This document shows positions 1 to 12,711 of a stretch of 64,000 bases of DNA, one piece after another; the first letter of the stretch is position 1, and each line of letters begins with the position of its first letter. The notes beneath the pieces were generated by a model. The model was given only the letters and a program-made list of their open reading frames with translations. It did no database searches and was not told the origin of the DNA. Location of the stretch: the NCBI GenBank assembly GCA_973895155.1, contig OZ316898.1, forward strand, positions 1,773,927-1,837,926. Reading direction: 5' to 3'. The translations under genes and the position numbers were made by a program. This DNA is from Marsupella aquatica (Eukaryota > Plantae > Marchantiophyta).

Positions 1-82
1 TGGAGATTGTGGGGAATATTATAAATCTAATAAAATATAAATACCAGATATAGTTTTACCACATCTTAGTGTTATAAACTTT

Positions 83-374
83 TGTTCACACTAGACAATA
101 TATGCGGAACATGAAAATACACTCAATCAAATGTTACAGTGACAAGATACCTGTCGTGAAGAAACTCCTAAACTATCCATAAATTATAAGAATACATTTG
201 AAGAATGAGGAGAAAATGCTCTCCCTCTAACCTACACCAAAGAGTACTGAGACGAGTGAGCCTAATCTAAGAGTATATTATCCTAATGTAATAAAGGGTT
301 ATCTAATACTAGTAAGGCCAAACAAACTAAAACCCACAACTTGAATATATTCTTAACAATCTCCATCTTGACTC
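83..374 (-). mobile_element. Probable degraded copia-type LTR with adjacent polypurine tract
   Basis: Minus strand reads GAGTCAAGATGGAGAT|TGTTAAG..., a PPT-TG junction resembling the copia junction GAGTCAAGGGGGAGTT|TGTTAG at 33119-33140, and ends ...GTGAACA near 83. The window also opens with TGGAGAT|TGT. No partner LTR or TSD seen. Confidence 0.35.
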
Positions 375-1102
375 CTGCTCACAAAATGAGTCAGATGATA
401 CATATGTTTACAAAATGACTCACATAATACATTTTATGATACTGCTATATGGCGGGACATCTTTTGATTATTTTGTCTTATTCTAAAAGCTGGTCATGTA
501 TTTTTTTAATACATCTGGTCAAATCTAAGCTTTGTATTGGTTTGAACTTAGCAATTTTTCTAACCCCATTAATCATTTCAAGTCTATAGTTTAAGCTTTA
601 TGTGTCTAAATCATCCTATGATTATATTCTTTTCTTAAGATGCTTTTTATTACCTGGCTAACATGTCTTCATTATATGAATGACAAGGTTATACTCACGA
701 GGCCAATCAGGACAGTAAATAAAGATGCCTTGTAGGTTATATGTCAAAACTTTTCAATGTTAATTTATGGTTTATAGATTAACAGGTGTCATCTAAATAG
801 AGAGGCTCAAAGCTACTGTACTCTCCTTCAAGCACAAAGTACTGTACCCTAAGGTACATTGACCTATATGTTCAATTTAATATAATTGTACACAAAAGTA
901 CATAGCTCTCCTCACTTTAAAGGAGTGCATTTTTATTACATTTACCTTTTTAGAATCATTGTTTCAATTCATTTGAATACCATAGTATAGTATCTATTTC
1001 AAAAACTAGTTAACTAATCAATACTCTAAATAGGGTACAATAGAATCCATTATGAATAAGTTAAAATACCTGCATTTTAGAACTGGCCAGTTATGTACAT
1101 TA

Positions 1103-2809
1103 CTAGCTCAATACCTGTGCGTTGCACAAAAGAAGTCATGTCGGCCAAGATGTCATTGAGAAAAATGATGTAGTGTCAGCCAAGAGGTCGTGGAGAAAAA
1201 AGATGTAGTGTTGCCTAGGAGGTCGTGGAGAGAAATGATGTCGTGTTGCCCAAGAGGTTGTGGAGAGAAAAGATGTCGTGTTGCCCAAGAGGTCGTTGAG
1301 AGAAACGATGTCATGTCGCCCAAGAGGTCGTTGAGAGTAAAGATGTAGTGTCGCCCAAGAGGTCATTGAGAGAAAAGAAGTTGTGTTGGTCAAGATGTCG
1401 TTGAGAAAAAAATGTTGTATTGGCCAAGAGGTCGTTGAAAGAAAATATGTAGTGTCAACCAAGAGGTCGTGGAGAAAAAAGATGTCTTGTCGCCCAAGAG
1501 GTCATTGAGAAAAAAATATGTCGTGTCGGCCAAGAAGACGTTGAGAAAAAAAGATGTCGTGTTGGCCAAGAGATCATTGAGCAAAAAAATGTCATGTCGG
1601 CCAAGAAGTCGTTGAGAAAAAAGACGTTGTGTCGGCCAAGATGTCATTGAGAAAAAATTGTCATGTTGGCGAAGATGTTGAGAAAAAAACGTCATGTCGG
1701 CCAAGACATCGTTCACGGAAAATACCCGTGCGTTGCACAAAAGATGTTGTTAAGAAATAAGATGTCGTGTTGCCCAAGATGTTGTTAAGTGAAAGATGTC
1801 ACAAAGTAAAAAAGATGTCTTAAGAAAAAGTAGTTTTGCCAAACATGCCATTGTGTGAAAGATGTTATTAAGAAAAGAGTGTCATTTTGCCAAAGATATC
1901 GTGAAGTAAAAGATGTTAAAAAATGGTGTTATTTCACCCAAGCTATCGTTCTGTGAAAAATGTTATGAAATAAAAAATCAAGGAAACTAAGGAGTGAGTC
2001 TTTTTCTTTGTTTTGTTTTTTACCCAAAATACCCATGCATTTGAATGTCGACCACTATAAATTGGAGCAACGTTATATTATCGGTTTCAGATTTAGTGTT
2101 TTAGGGTTTAGCAAAGATGACCATTCTCTCGATATCCTTTCAATCCCAGTGCGTTGCATAATAGATGTTGTTTGGTTAAAGATGTTGTTGAGAAATAGAT
2201 CGTACGTGGTGCAAAACATAAACGTTGAATAAAAATAATAATTGTTAAAATAAATTATTACACAAAAACTTTTGTTGAGTGAAAGATATCATTGTGCAAA
2301 ATAGAAATTAGGGTCCATGCAAGATAACTAAAAATTAACTAATTTCCAAAGAGTTAAATCTCCTTTTTAAGAGCAAAAGCCAAAATAATATAATGTCAAC
2401 CTGCTCTCTTCCCCTTAGTGCTCGCTCCCTACCAAAACCATTATCTCAAGTAAAGTTTTCACTTTCATGCCCCATGCCAAATGTATTTTAAATTAATAGA
2501 CCATAAAATAATATACCTACATTTTAATGCTCCATGCCAAAAAGTATTATACTCAAGTTACAAAATAACTAAAGTAGCACATGCAAGTACTCTATGAATC
2601 TATGATATATTATATCTACCTTGTACTATAACTTACATACCTACCTTGTACTATTACTTACAGCCAATTTTAGGTTCCCATCTCACTCAATCCAAGAGCC
2701 ATAAATAATTCAAAAAAATATCTGATGGCTTAGCTTTGTTCCCTCCTTTTTCATTTTTGTAACGGGACGAAGGACTAAAACTGGCGGGATTCGTTATTAT
2801 AGTAGTAGA
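1103..2809 (-). mobile_element. Non-autonomous Helitron, apparently complete (~1.7 kb)
   Basis: Minus strand begins A|TCTACTACTATAATAAC (2809) and ends TGTGCAACGCACAGGTATTGAGCTAG|T (1103): 5'-TC, a 3' hairpin (TGTGC-AAC-GCACA), CTAG, insertion between A and T, no TSD. These are canonical plant Helitron termini. Confidence 0.8.
1136..1960. repeat. ~39-40 bp minisatellite inside the Helitron
   Basis: Unit approximately AGATGTCGTGTTGCCCAAGAGGTCGTTGAGAGAAA, roughly 15 good copies to ~1720 and then decaying. Explains the repetitive ORFs 1136-1462 and 1390-1740. Confidence 0.9.
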
Positions 2810-3687
2810 TGTTGCATGTACTACTATATGGTGGTGAATATACCTTTCAGATTTTGTCTTATTGCGATTTTGTGTTCATTATTTTGATTTTAATGTGCCT
2901 TAACAAGGTGAGTAATTTGTATTAAGTTTATTTTGAATTAATAGTTAGGACCCCTTTAAATTTTAATGAACTTAGAGCATTTTGAATATATTTGTCTCCC
3001 CTCATAAACATTGAATCTTTCATTTTGAAACACTCCTTAGTGAATTCTCTTTTTTCTCATGAGAGTAAGAGAAATGAGTTTGAGCAATGTGCACATCTGG
3101 CGTAGTAAGTTCCCATTGTGATTTACTTTACAAAATTTATGGTTTTAATTGGGTGATTGTCATTACCTATAAACAAGTAAAAATTTGAATTGTATGGCAC
3201 AACTCTTCAGTACCTTTCTATTTTCTTGGTCATAATGTGCTTTCCTTTGCATGTATGTGCACAACTCTTTAGGAGCTTTGTACTTTCTTGGTCATAATGT
3301 GCTTTCTTTTGCATGTGTGCTTATGATTTTGTGTGTTATGTCACTTGCTCTTAATTAATAGATATTAATTTCTTGGTATACACTTTACATGTACCTACTT
3401 ATTTTATCATAAATTTAATTAAATAATTTACATATCATTACAAAACAAAAATTAAAAAAGGCATGTTCCAGGATGAACATGCTATATAGATAATAAGTAA
3501 CTAACTAACTAACATATTTACATGTATTTTATAATCTTTTGTTTGACCTTAACATTAATCATATCTAAAAACAATTTCCATTTTGACTCCTGTTCAAGTC
3601 AGACGAGACATAGACTCCTCTTCAAGTCACATGATACATAGTATATAAATAAGTGACATATTTACATAGTATCCTGTTTGACCCTAA

Positions 3688-4047
3688 GGGCTGTCTTGCA
3701 TGTGCAAGAGTCCTGAAAAATGCGACCCTTAGCAGCCCACAGATGTAGGGAAAAAGTGTGGACCTAGGATCTAAACACAATCAAGAACACCTTATGTATG
3801 AAGTGCTTATTGAGTCCGGGATCTACTGTCATTTTGTTTTATTCAAAGTTCAAAGTCTAAAATTTCTTGCCCTTGCATATCCTCCAAAGAGGCCATCAGG
3901 ACTGCCACGAGTCGGGTTCATTTGAGGGCCAAAAATCAAAGGACCTTTGTCCAAAGAGGCCATCAGGACTGCCACGAGTCGGGTTCATTTGAGGGCCAAA
4001 AATCAAAGGACCAAAAATCAAAGGACGTTGCACATGCAAGATGGACC
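3688..4047. mobile_element. PIF/Harbinger (Tourist-like) MITE, 360 bp
   Basis: TAA target duplication (3685-3687, 4048-4050). TIRs GGGCTGTCTTGCATGTGCAA / TTGCACATGCAAGATGGACC. Internal ~62-bp direct repeat at 3884-3945 and 3951-4012. Confidence 0.75.
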
Positions 4048-4377
4048 TAAGACCCTAAGATTGGTTTGGTCTTTGTAATTCCTGTCCGCTTGCTCTTTCC
4101 TTCTCCGTTCGTTCATAGACAGACTGTGGTGAGTCCTAGCTCAAAGCCACATCGATCAAGGATATGCCCGATCGAGCAGAAGCTTGCAATCATGCTGCCT
4201 CGCAGCTGTGTCGTCGTCTCGTCCCGTTCGAACAAGCAGTACTGGTAGAGAATCGACAAATCTCTCTCTGCTTACTCTCGCCGCCTTGTGGGTTCTTCCT
4301 GCCCGCGGCGATTCCTGTCTGCAGAAGGACAGTCTACTCGGGAGCGCCTTTACATTGTGCAGAAAAATAGCCTCAAC

Positions 4378-5323
4378 ATGTTCTCCATCGCTCTTCCACA
4401 CTTTGCAGATCCACAAGGCTCTTCCCAGTTGCGTCGCCAGTCGCTTGCCAACAAAAGAGGAGATCAAGAGCGCTCTTCCATACTTTGCTTTGCAGATCCC
4501 GAGGCTCTTCCCAGTCACTTGCCAACAGAAGAGGAGATCAAGAGCTCGAAGGACGTACTCGTGGACCGAAACTGCCCACAAAGTGGTTGGCGTTGGAGCT
4601 CATTTCCTGGTCAAGTCTGGCGCGAGCATTGATCCGACTGAGGGTGAAAACATCCTCTTTTTCCAGCAAAACACCTCTGTTCCAGTCCCACAAGTCTATG
4701 CAATCTACACTGATATTTCCGATGGCAAGACCTACCTCTTTAGGCCATAAACCCTCAAGTCTTTATGGCCTAAGCTGAGTGAAGCGGAGAAAGCGGTTAT
4801 TGCAGCAAAGCTTCGAGGAATTTTGGATGAACTGCGCGGACTTCCCTCACCGGGATCTTATTGTGGTGTAGGCAATCGTGGTCTGATGGATGATCTCTTT
4901 TGGAGCGAAGGTTTGAAAATGGTGGGCCCATTCCATACAGAAGATGAGCTCAATGCTGCAATGCATAAGGAGTATATAGGTCTCCACTAACACCCATCCA
5001 TAGAAAGCACGTCGTTACAAACGACCATCCCCTAGAGTTTTTCGCAATCATGTGCTGACGTTCACCCAAGGAGACTTTCAGGAAAAGAAAATCCTTGTCC
5101 GAAAGCTGGATGGACGACCTTTGGAAAATCTAGAGGTGGTACTTATTGATTGGGGAATTCTCTGGATGGTATCCACGCTATTGGGAGTATACTAAGGCTA
5201 TGTACACTTGTAGTAGATGTGAGACTGATTTGGAATGAGTGGGTCGCAATGATTTTAGACGAGTACTTGTTTGAATTGCCTTTGGCAAGAATGACATTTG
5301 CCTCCCTTTGGTTAGGATTGTAA
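4378..5323 (+). pseudogene. Intronless aminoglycoside phosphotransferase/choline-kinase-like (APH, protein-kinase-like fold) pseudogene of fungal type
   Basis: Stitched translation: LPYFADPEALPSHLPTEEEIKSS..KVVGVGAHFLVKSGASIDPTEGENILFFQQNTSVPVPQVYA..LKSLWPKLSEAEKAVIAAKLRGILDELRGLPSPGSYCG..GPFHTEDELNAA..FTQGDFQEKKILV..VVLIDW/EFSGWYPRYWEYTKA. Several frameshifts and stops; catalytic HGDxxxxN has become QGDFQEKK; N-terminal ~80 bp tandemly duplicated (4389-4545). Confidence 0.8.
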
Positions 5324-7499
5324 GAAGTTTCAGTTGTCCGAAACAATTCATGCGTAATGAGCAGAATAGAGTCGTAGGTAGATGACAAGATTTGATGAAG
5401 AATTGGATATGGTGCACTTGAATGACTTGGATTGGTAGTGTTACAGTTCCTCTGTTTAAGGACTTGTCTAGAGATTTCCCGCTACAGTTTTAGTTCTGAC
5501 TGTGGACTCATCCCACTGTGGCTGCTCCCAAGGGAATGTCATTTGGGCATGGTTTGAGGTTGTTTAATTGAAGTCTGTACATCCTGCTTCAAAACCTAAC
5601 CAAAAGGAATTCATGCGAAATTAGTATTCGCTACCTGCTATGTCCTTGATTGAATACTCACAATCAAGGAGAGGGCTCTAGAGTGCGTAAATTACCGTCC
5701 GTCCGTCCGGTATATTAGTGAGTAGGGAGGAACATAGAGTGAACAATCTAGTCCGTATAAAGGTTGTTTTGCCTGCCCCCTTCGTTGCGGAGGGAAGCCT
5801 CCTATCGGTTGCGCCCATTGTATGACACTCCCTCACTGCTGCTTCATTTAATCCTCTCTAAATCTGCAACAGCGACCACATTTCCCCATCACCCCGTCCC
5901 CTATCGCAGACTTGGATGTCTATGACCTTCTCGCCCCGTCCCGTCTTTCCTCCCTCCCCCTTGCAAGGAAAACTACATGCCAAATTCAAATAAACTCAGG
6001 ACGTCGGATGTCTTTGGAGGTCCTATCTATGGTAGAAGTATGTCTTAGCAGCTCGCTAATTTCGTTCATTATCAGCAAACGCAGATTGGATCTGCCTCAG
6101 CCATGGTGATCGAGACGTTGATGAAGGACCAGTTTCCATAGTGTATGTTTCAAATCGCAATTGACTTTTAAACTAGGCTCTACTTTCTGCGATGGATAGA
6201 TTGGAGAGCCTGGAGCATATGAGCGTCTATAAGTTCTCGCAGAATAAACTAGTCAATTGAGTTCACAGCTACGAAGTAGCTGTAGCAATCTAATCTCGAG
6301 CAAGATCAGCATCAGCCCTCTTTCACAACTCAGTCAAAATCCTTGTACCTACAGTAGTTATGAACGAATTGAACGAGATAGACTGCTAGTCGTGAACGAA
6401 ATGAATGAATCCAACGAGCGTCGCTAATTTTCATTCAGGCTTTTCACCACTCTTAGAACAGAAAAGACTGTAGCTGGAAGAAAACAACGGAGTTTGATTA
6501 CTGTTCCTTGTAAGCGTTAGAAGACAGATTTCATCTTTTCTGCTCCTAATGGGCGTATTAGAGGTGACAGATATGGTTTCTGGGTACACCAACTATGCAC
6601 TGGGTATTAACTGTGGATAGCAACTTGTACTCTCGAGAAACTCAGTGTCCCTTGATAGCTTTTGATTGTGTTGAGATTTAATTTGTCCTCCCTGAATCTC
6701 TCACACACTTCCTTTTCAAACTGTTGTCACACGATTTTCTTGGAACCATATTATTGTATGACGAAAAGGTTCTGCTCCTGATATATCTCATTTCCATCTC
6801 GACGTTGGCCATTGAAGAAGAATCAATAAATTCGAATGACTGCCAATTGCTCTAGGACTTCCACTCCTCGATCCCCTGGCTCTTGAATCTTGCCCATCCT
6901 TTGTTGGTCAGAGTATGTTTTTCCTGTGCTTATATTCAAGTCAAGTAAGCTGTAGTTGACATTTTATACATAATGGATCCCTAACCCCTAAACCCTAAGC
7001 TATCTCTCCCTAGGAGTGTGAGAAATAAAGGATTGAAGATAATGCCATTGCATGCCACTTTAACTATTCCCCATAGTTTTTTTCCCTAGATTTATGGTTA
7101 TATGAGTGACTGACGTGTCCCTAACTAAATCTCTGAGAGAAAAGGGAAAGACTCGCCAGTTTTTGCAAGGGATTCATATTAATCTTCTAGAAGTTAGTCA
7201 GTTTTCTATTATAAAAATGACATGTGGGGAGGGCTTTAAAAGTGGGGCCAATGCTTTGTAAGGTCACGAGGAGAGAACAGTCACCAAGTCATCCAAAACT
7301 AATTTATTCTGGCTTTAAGGTCAATCATACAATATTTATCCCAACCGAAAGCAATGATTAATTGTTCTTCTTAACATTAGATGCTTTTGAGCCAAGAACA
7401 CTACAAGACAAACTACATTACTTTGGGGGGATACTCACACCTTTAGTTATCTTAAAGATAATTGTTTTGCTCATCTATCGACAAAAAATAGTCGTAAAA

Positions 7500-8800
7500 G
7501 CATTTTAATACCATTTGGGGAAGGTTGCTTGAAGTTGGAGCAACCATAATAGGAAAAAGCTTCCTGCATCTAGCAAGGCCAAAAATTTTCTGCATGAAAT
7601 TATTTTGCAAATGTTGGATAGATGGGGTGGGGAGGCGAAGGATACGGACAGAAAAGCTCAACAATTTGTCACTTGTAGTAAAAGTGTTGAAAAAGTCACA
7701 GGCAGCTGTACAGGAGAACTACGAGAAGAGTTTAACCCATACCACTAGGATATGGGCGGTTGGGATATGGCCAAAGCAAATTGAAATTTCAAAACTTGTA
7801 TTGTTTTGTTTCAGTCCGTACTCGGATCTCGGCAAGGTTAGCCGAGATTGAATCCATCTCAACGGCTAAACTAAGATCCACCAGATCTTGGCAAGGTTAG
7901 CCAAGATTGAATCCATCTCAGGCCAAACTAAGATCCACCAAGGCAGGAGGACTAACAACTTGCATCTCCCCCAAAACTCTGGCAACTTTTCTTGGCAAAG
8001 AACAATATTGACCAAATTTAAACTTTATGGTTTTGTAGATAACATTAAATGATGTGTCATTGCAGTTCAAAAAATTTAAGGAGCTTTTAGAGATCATTTG
8101 CTTTCAATAATGAGCTTTTATTTGTGGTCCAACCATTCTTACCCATGCCATGTGCTAACTCCCAACTCCTTGAGCACATTCATCACCTTCTATCTGAATA
8201 GTATGATTCAACGTGTGGATCTAATTGGGACAGAAGGTTCTCAACCCCCATGCTCAAGCAACATCACTCCCTCCTGATTCTCGTCCAAAGAAGGACAGGC
8301 CTCCTTTTCCTTATGTGAATAAACTCTTTCCTCCTGGTGGACCAGTTACTGGCTTTCCATAGCCAAATGGTAGTCCTGGGCGAAAGGGCCCTTCTGTTGC
8401 ATTTCTATCAGCGATGGAGGATGTTGCCAGACTATAATGCCCATTTTCTGTGGGTCAAGTGTTTCGCCATATAGTTGTGTCAAAGTGTTTACCAAATAAC
8501 AGATCCAATCACCAAAAAATCCAATGCCTCAAATACAAGTCGAAAGGGTTTGGGACAATCATGACTTTTTGCATTTTGGTTACTGGGTGGTCTACACCCA
8601 GTAACTACAGTAAAGGCTTACTATTCCATTAGGTAAGGGTTAGCGCACGTCTATGTATAACCTTATCAACGAACATGGTGGGGCACACTTGGATCAGTAG
8701 GATGACTTCAGGGTGAACTCTATTGCGTGAGTAGGCCCTATGATTGGCGGAGGACTTTGATAGAATTGGGACAATCGGCTTGTGAGTTGACACTAGTTGT
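7500..8800 (-). mobile_element. Possible highly degraded non-LTR (L1-like) ORF2 remnant
   Basis: Trp-rich fragments across frames (LYLRHW..., TIWLWKASNW...GKGGLSF, VLKELGVSTW) recall the W...K.xGGL segment downstream of LINE RT. No RT core motif found. Confidence 0.25.
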
Positions 8801-9004
8801 CGTGCTATGTGATTCTTTGACAAATGATACATTTGCAGGACTCAGCTTCAACGAAGACACCAGTTAAGGTGACAGGAAACAAATCCGTTGCACATATGAG
8901 GACCCTCGCCATGGTCTAGATCGATGGAAAGGATAAATGGTCGTAAGGAGACTCGGTAGGTATCTGTCCACGAGTGTGCAGGCATTTGGTCCAACATGCA
9001 CGAT

Positions 9005-9184
9005 CCACTTCGTCTTCTGTTCACCAGCCGGGTTCTGCAGGAGTTCGTTTCCTTCGAACAGATTCGGAAAGGACTGAGCCATGTCAAAGAATCGCCACTT
9101 CGTCTTCTGTTCACCAGCCGAGTTCTGAAGGATTTCGTTCCCTTCGAACAGATTCGGAAAGGACTGAGCCATGTCAAAGAATCG
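9005..9184. repeat. 90-bp tandem duplication
   Basis: CCACTTCGTCTTCTGTTCACCAGCCG...GAGCCATGTCAAAGAATCG at 9005-9094 and 9095-9184, with few substitutions. Confidence 0.95.
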
Positions 9185-11484
9185 TTGTGTGTACGTAGTA
9201 CGTACGTACCTTACACGGAAAAAACGAGTTCAGGGTTTAGGATTTACCGCAAACCTTCGGAAGCTTCCCAATATCAATTTCGTGCAACAGAATGCGTCCT
9301 CAAATGAAATTTGGGGCAAGTCACAATCTCAGAGAGCAGGAGCGTGACTTTGCGAGCTTCTCCTGTGCAACATAAATTTTGCCGAGTTCCAATTATCGCA
9401 TAATTTTCTAAAACTTCCTACTGTACACTGTACAGAAAGACCCCATACCAAATAAAAGAAGGCGGGCAGGACGTAGCCAAACTGAGGATCTGACGGAAAG
9501 ATAAACCAAATTTTATCTTTTTAGTACCAACATAAAGGCTGTCCACTGTAGTCATGGCCGCAACACCGCGCTCAACATCTTTCACACCCATACTCCAATC
9601 ATAGACACGATTATAGATTGAGTGCTTCATGTCGCTTTGCAAACAGTGTCAAGGACCACAAAAATCGAAGTACCTGCAGGACACTACAATTTAAAGAGGT
9701 TGATTTGACTAGCAAATGCCTAGCTTGACCGTGATGAAGATATTTACGAGAACTCAACGACGGGTTGCATCGACTTTGCAGCGCCAGTCAGACACCATGA
9801 TCAGAATCTGAAACCGGTGCACTTGGAATGGCTTCAATCATCTCTAAAAACGACTATTAGCCACCCACAGCATGGGATTCGCGAAAGCTGTTAGTCTTTA
9901 AACTTGTAAGACAGCATAGGAGATCGCGAAAGCTGTTAGTCTTTAGATGTGTAGGACAGTCTGTACGTAGAATGCTGAGAAACCAACACGTACTAGCTTC
10001 TACAGTAGATCGACCAACCTGACAGGGAGTAAAACTTCAATCCAGGTTGTGCTGCGCACCCTCATTCATATTTAATGTTCGGAGCGCTCCCAATTCATTT
10101 TGGTATACATGTCAATAGGCACTTGAAATATATCCCTCATATATGCAAATGATTCGCCAATAGATGGATCCGGTCAGCTTTTCTTCAGTGATTTCCTATA
10201 TATAATTCAAGGAACAATGTTTTATAACCTGGGTCAGCTGCAGACCTAGGGTACCTTCAGCTTGTTTGGGACAACTTAGACTAAGCGCTTTGGGGAGCAC
10301 TAGAAACCTTAGAAGGAGATAGTGTTTGTTTAATTGGTTTCGTACAAAGCCTGTTCGATGCCTCCGTTTCCTCGCCGTTTCTCTTGGAATACGTTAGGTT
10401 TCAAAACAGCCAGCAGTAGCGTTAGAAAAATAGAATTGGTCATGGGCCCAGCAATACCCCGCATTCAATCTAATTTTCTTTGGTTACTGCCTTAGAAGTC
10501 ACTAATAACGCTGACAAAGGGAACGTATTAGGGGGATACGGAATAGGAATTTTTATATGAACCTCGCTTGAGAGTGAAGGAATTATTTAGGGCATTCATA
10601 GTCCACGCGGGCAGTCAAGAGCTGTGACGTACTTGAATATTCGTATCGTCATCGAATCGCCCTCCTAGATTTGCTTCTCGTCTCGCCACAAGAATTTTGG
10701 AAACCTGGATCTAGTTGGCTAGACCTACAGTCGTAGACTGTTTAGAGACCGATAGACTGACCGCATCCGCGCGAGACCCAACTATAGCCACAGAAGTGAC
10801 TCTGAACTCCAAGCATATCGGTTTGTGTGCTGATCGGGCTGGCCCCACTCCGTCGTCAATTAATGGCGTCGAAGCTGAGAAGACGAATAGAAGGCCTGAC
10901 TTAACTTCAAGCCGGTTCAGACAAGTGAATGAAGGACTTTGTACGTCAAAGTAGGTGAGGCCTGAGGGAGATGGCCCACCCTCCAGAAGTGCCATTATCG
11001 AGTCTTGCAGACCAAATTAAAGCTGAAGAATATATTATGAACCTTTGAGTAATTGTAAAATGCATGATTAACCCCACTTAGTTTGGAGAGAGACTACCCT
11101 CACTTTGCAGACATTTTGAAGACGCCGGTGGCCAACTTGATCCGTCGAGCTTCGCAACCATAGATCCCAGGACACTGCGTTCACACTCAGGACTCCTTAT
11201 TATGCGAGTTAGATCGAGGCCGATGCAATCCTTGCAGAGACGCTCAGTACGTACAGATCGAACAATTTGGAGCTTGCATGCCATCTGCTCAATCCAGACA
11301 GTGAAATATCAAACTTCCTTTGTAAACTGTTCAGATCAAGCTAGGTCTACTCCTCGCGCTTATCCTTGTGGAAGACTAGTATCCTCGTCGATCCGAATTC
11401 GAGGAGATCAAATTCTACTCGAGCTCGTCCTTGCGGAAGAGTACGTAAACAGACTATCCGCGTAGATCCGATCGAGTCCAGAAA

Positions 11485-12711
11485 ATGTGTTCTCGGACTC
11501 TGGATGATGTCAATCAGATCCACCCCCTGGGTAAAAGTCCGGATGATGAAGGCCTCCAGAGCTTAGCCCTGCGGCAGGACCCTGACCTTTTTCCTCCTAT
11601 AGAAGGACACTACAGGCCTTGGGCTAATCTCGGCAACGATGCCCTGACGAGGGTATTCACGCGGCTACCATTTGAAGAGAGATTGAGAACAGTGCCCCTC
11701 GTTTGCAAAGGTTGGAGGGATGCAAAGTTAGATCCCGCTTGTTGGCGGAATATTGACATGGAAGGGTGGTTCGAGAAGAGAGTGGAGGCGGACTATTGGT
11801 GGGAGTTTGAGTGCGAGCCCATGATAGAACGTCTTGTGATGAAAGTGGTGGATTTGAGCTGTGGCCAGCTTGAAGAACTCCGCACGAGACATTGCACTGA
11901 TGCGGCCCTCGACTACATCGCTGACAGGTATGGTGATGCCTTTGCTAGATGGAAGTTTAGTTGTATATCAGGAATATATGTAGCATATAAGGAACAGACC
12001 TATGAAGCAGGAGACCCAGCAGGACACTTAATTTGATCGATTATTCTAAGCTATCAGAGACTGCTCGAACCCAATCAAGTTCGGATCGAAAAAGGAAGAC
12101 ATAGGTGACCCCGTGAATTGGGTTTGCACGTACTTAATTAGCACTCGAATTGATAGGTTCCTCGTATACTATTTTCTGTCTGCAGGTGCCCTTCGTTATA
12201 TGTTCTATCCATCTCGAAAAGTCTCTTTGTCACCGATAGATCCGTGGCAAAACTGGCGTCCAGTTGTCCCGAACTCAAAGTACTCGATGTGAGTGATTGC
12301 TACAACATCTCCAATCAAGCGTTGGAAGCTGTGGGCCAGAATTGCAAGTCTCTAGCCTGGCTGCGTCGCAACATGGTAGATCAAAACTTTGCCCCGGAAA
12401 ATCTTGATGTTTCTCATCGACTGGGCCAAAGTGTCCCAGATGGGGATGAGGAGGCCATAGTGGTGTCCAAGCACATGGTGAACCTCAAACATCTGGAAAT
12501 GATGAGAACGAGCCTCTCTAACAAAGGATTGGCCCACCTGGCCAGAGGCTGTGGGCAGCTGGAGAGCTTGAACGTCGCCTGCTGTGCATCCTTGTCTCCG
12601 GAGGCGCTTGACAAAGTGTCCGAGAAGTGCCCCAACATCGTTGAATTCACCAAGCCCATTACTCCACGGATGCACGTCCATTCTAACCGGCTGCGTGTCC
12701 TATTTGGTTAG
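11485..12711 (+). CDS. SKIP1-like: F-box/LRR protein, SKIP1/FBW2 family; exons 11485-11927 and 12186-12711
   Basis: F-box WANLGNDALTRVFTRLPFEERLRTVPLVCKGW..DPACW; HCTDAALDYIADR|CPSL across a GT-AG intron (11928-12185); LDVSDCYNIS, LRRNM, DGDEEA...KHMVNLKHLE. Colinear with Arabidopsis SKIP1 as recalled. Confidence 0.88.

Noticed and set aside
1136-1960. Regularly spaced repeats resembling a CRISPR array, and the ORFs over them
   Set aside because: Contiguous degenerate units with no unique spacers, a eukaryotic context and no cas genes. It is a minisatellite inside a Helitron.
6980-6998. Telomere-like CCCTAACCCCTAAACCCTAA
   Set aside because: Only two to three units; common telo-box-type interstitial motif.
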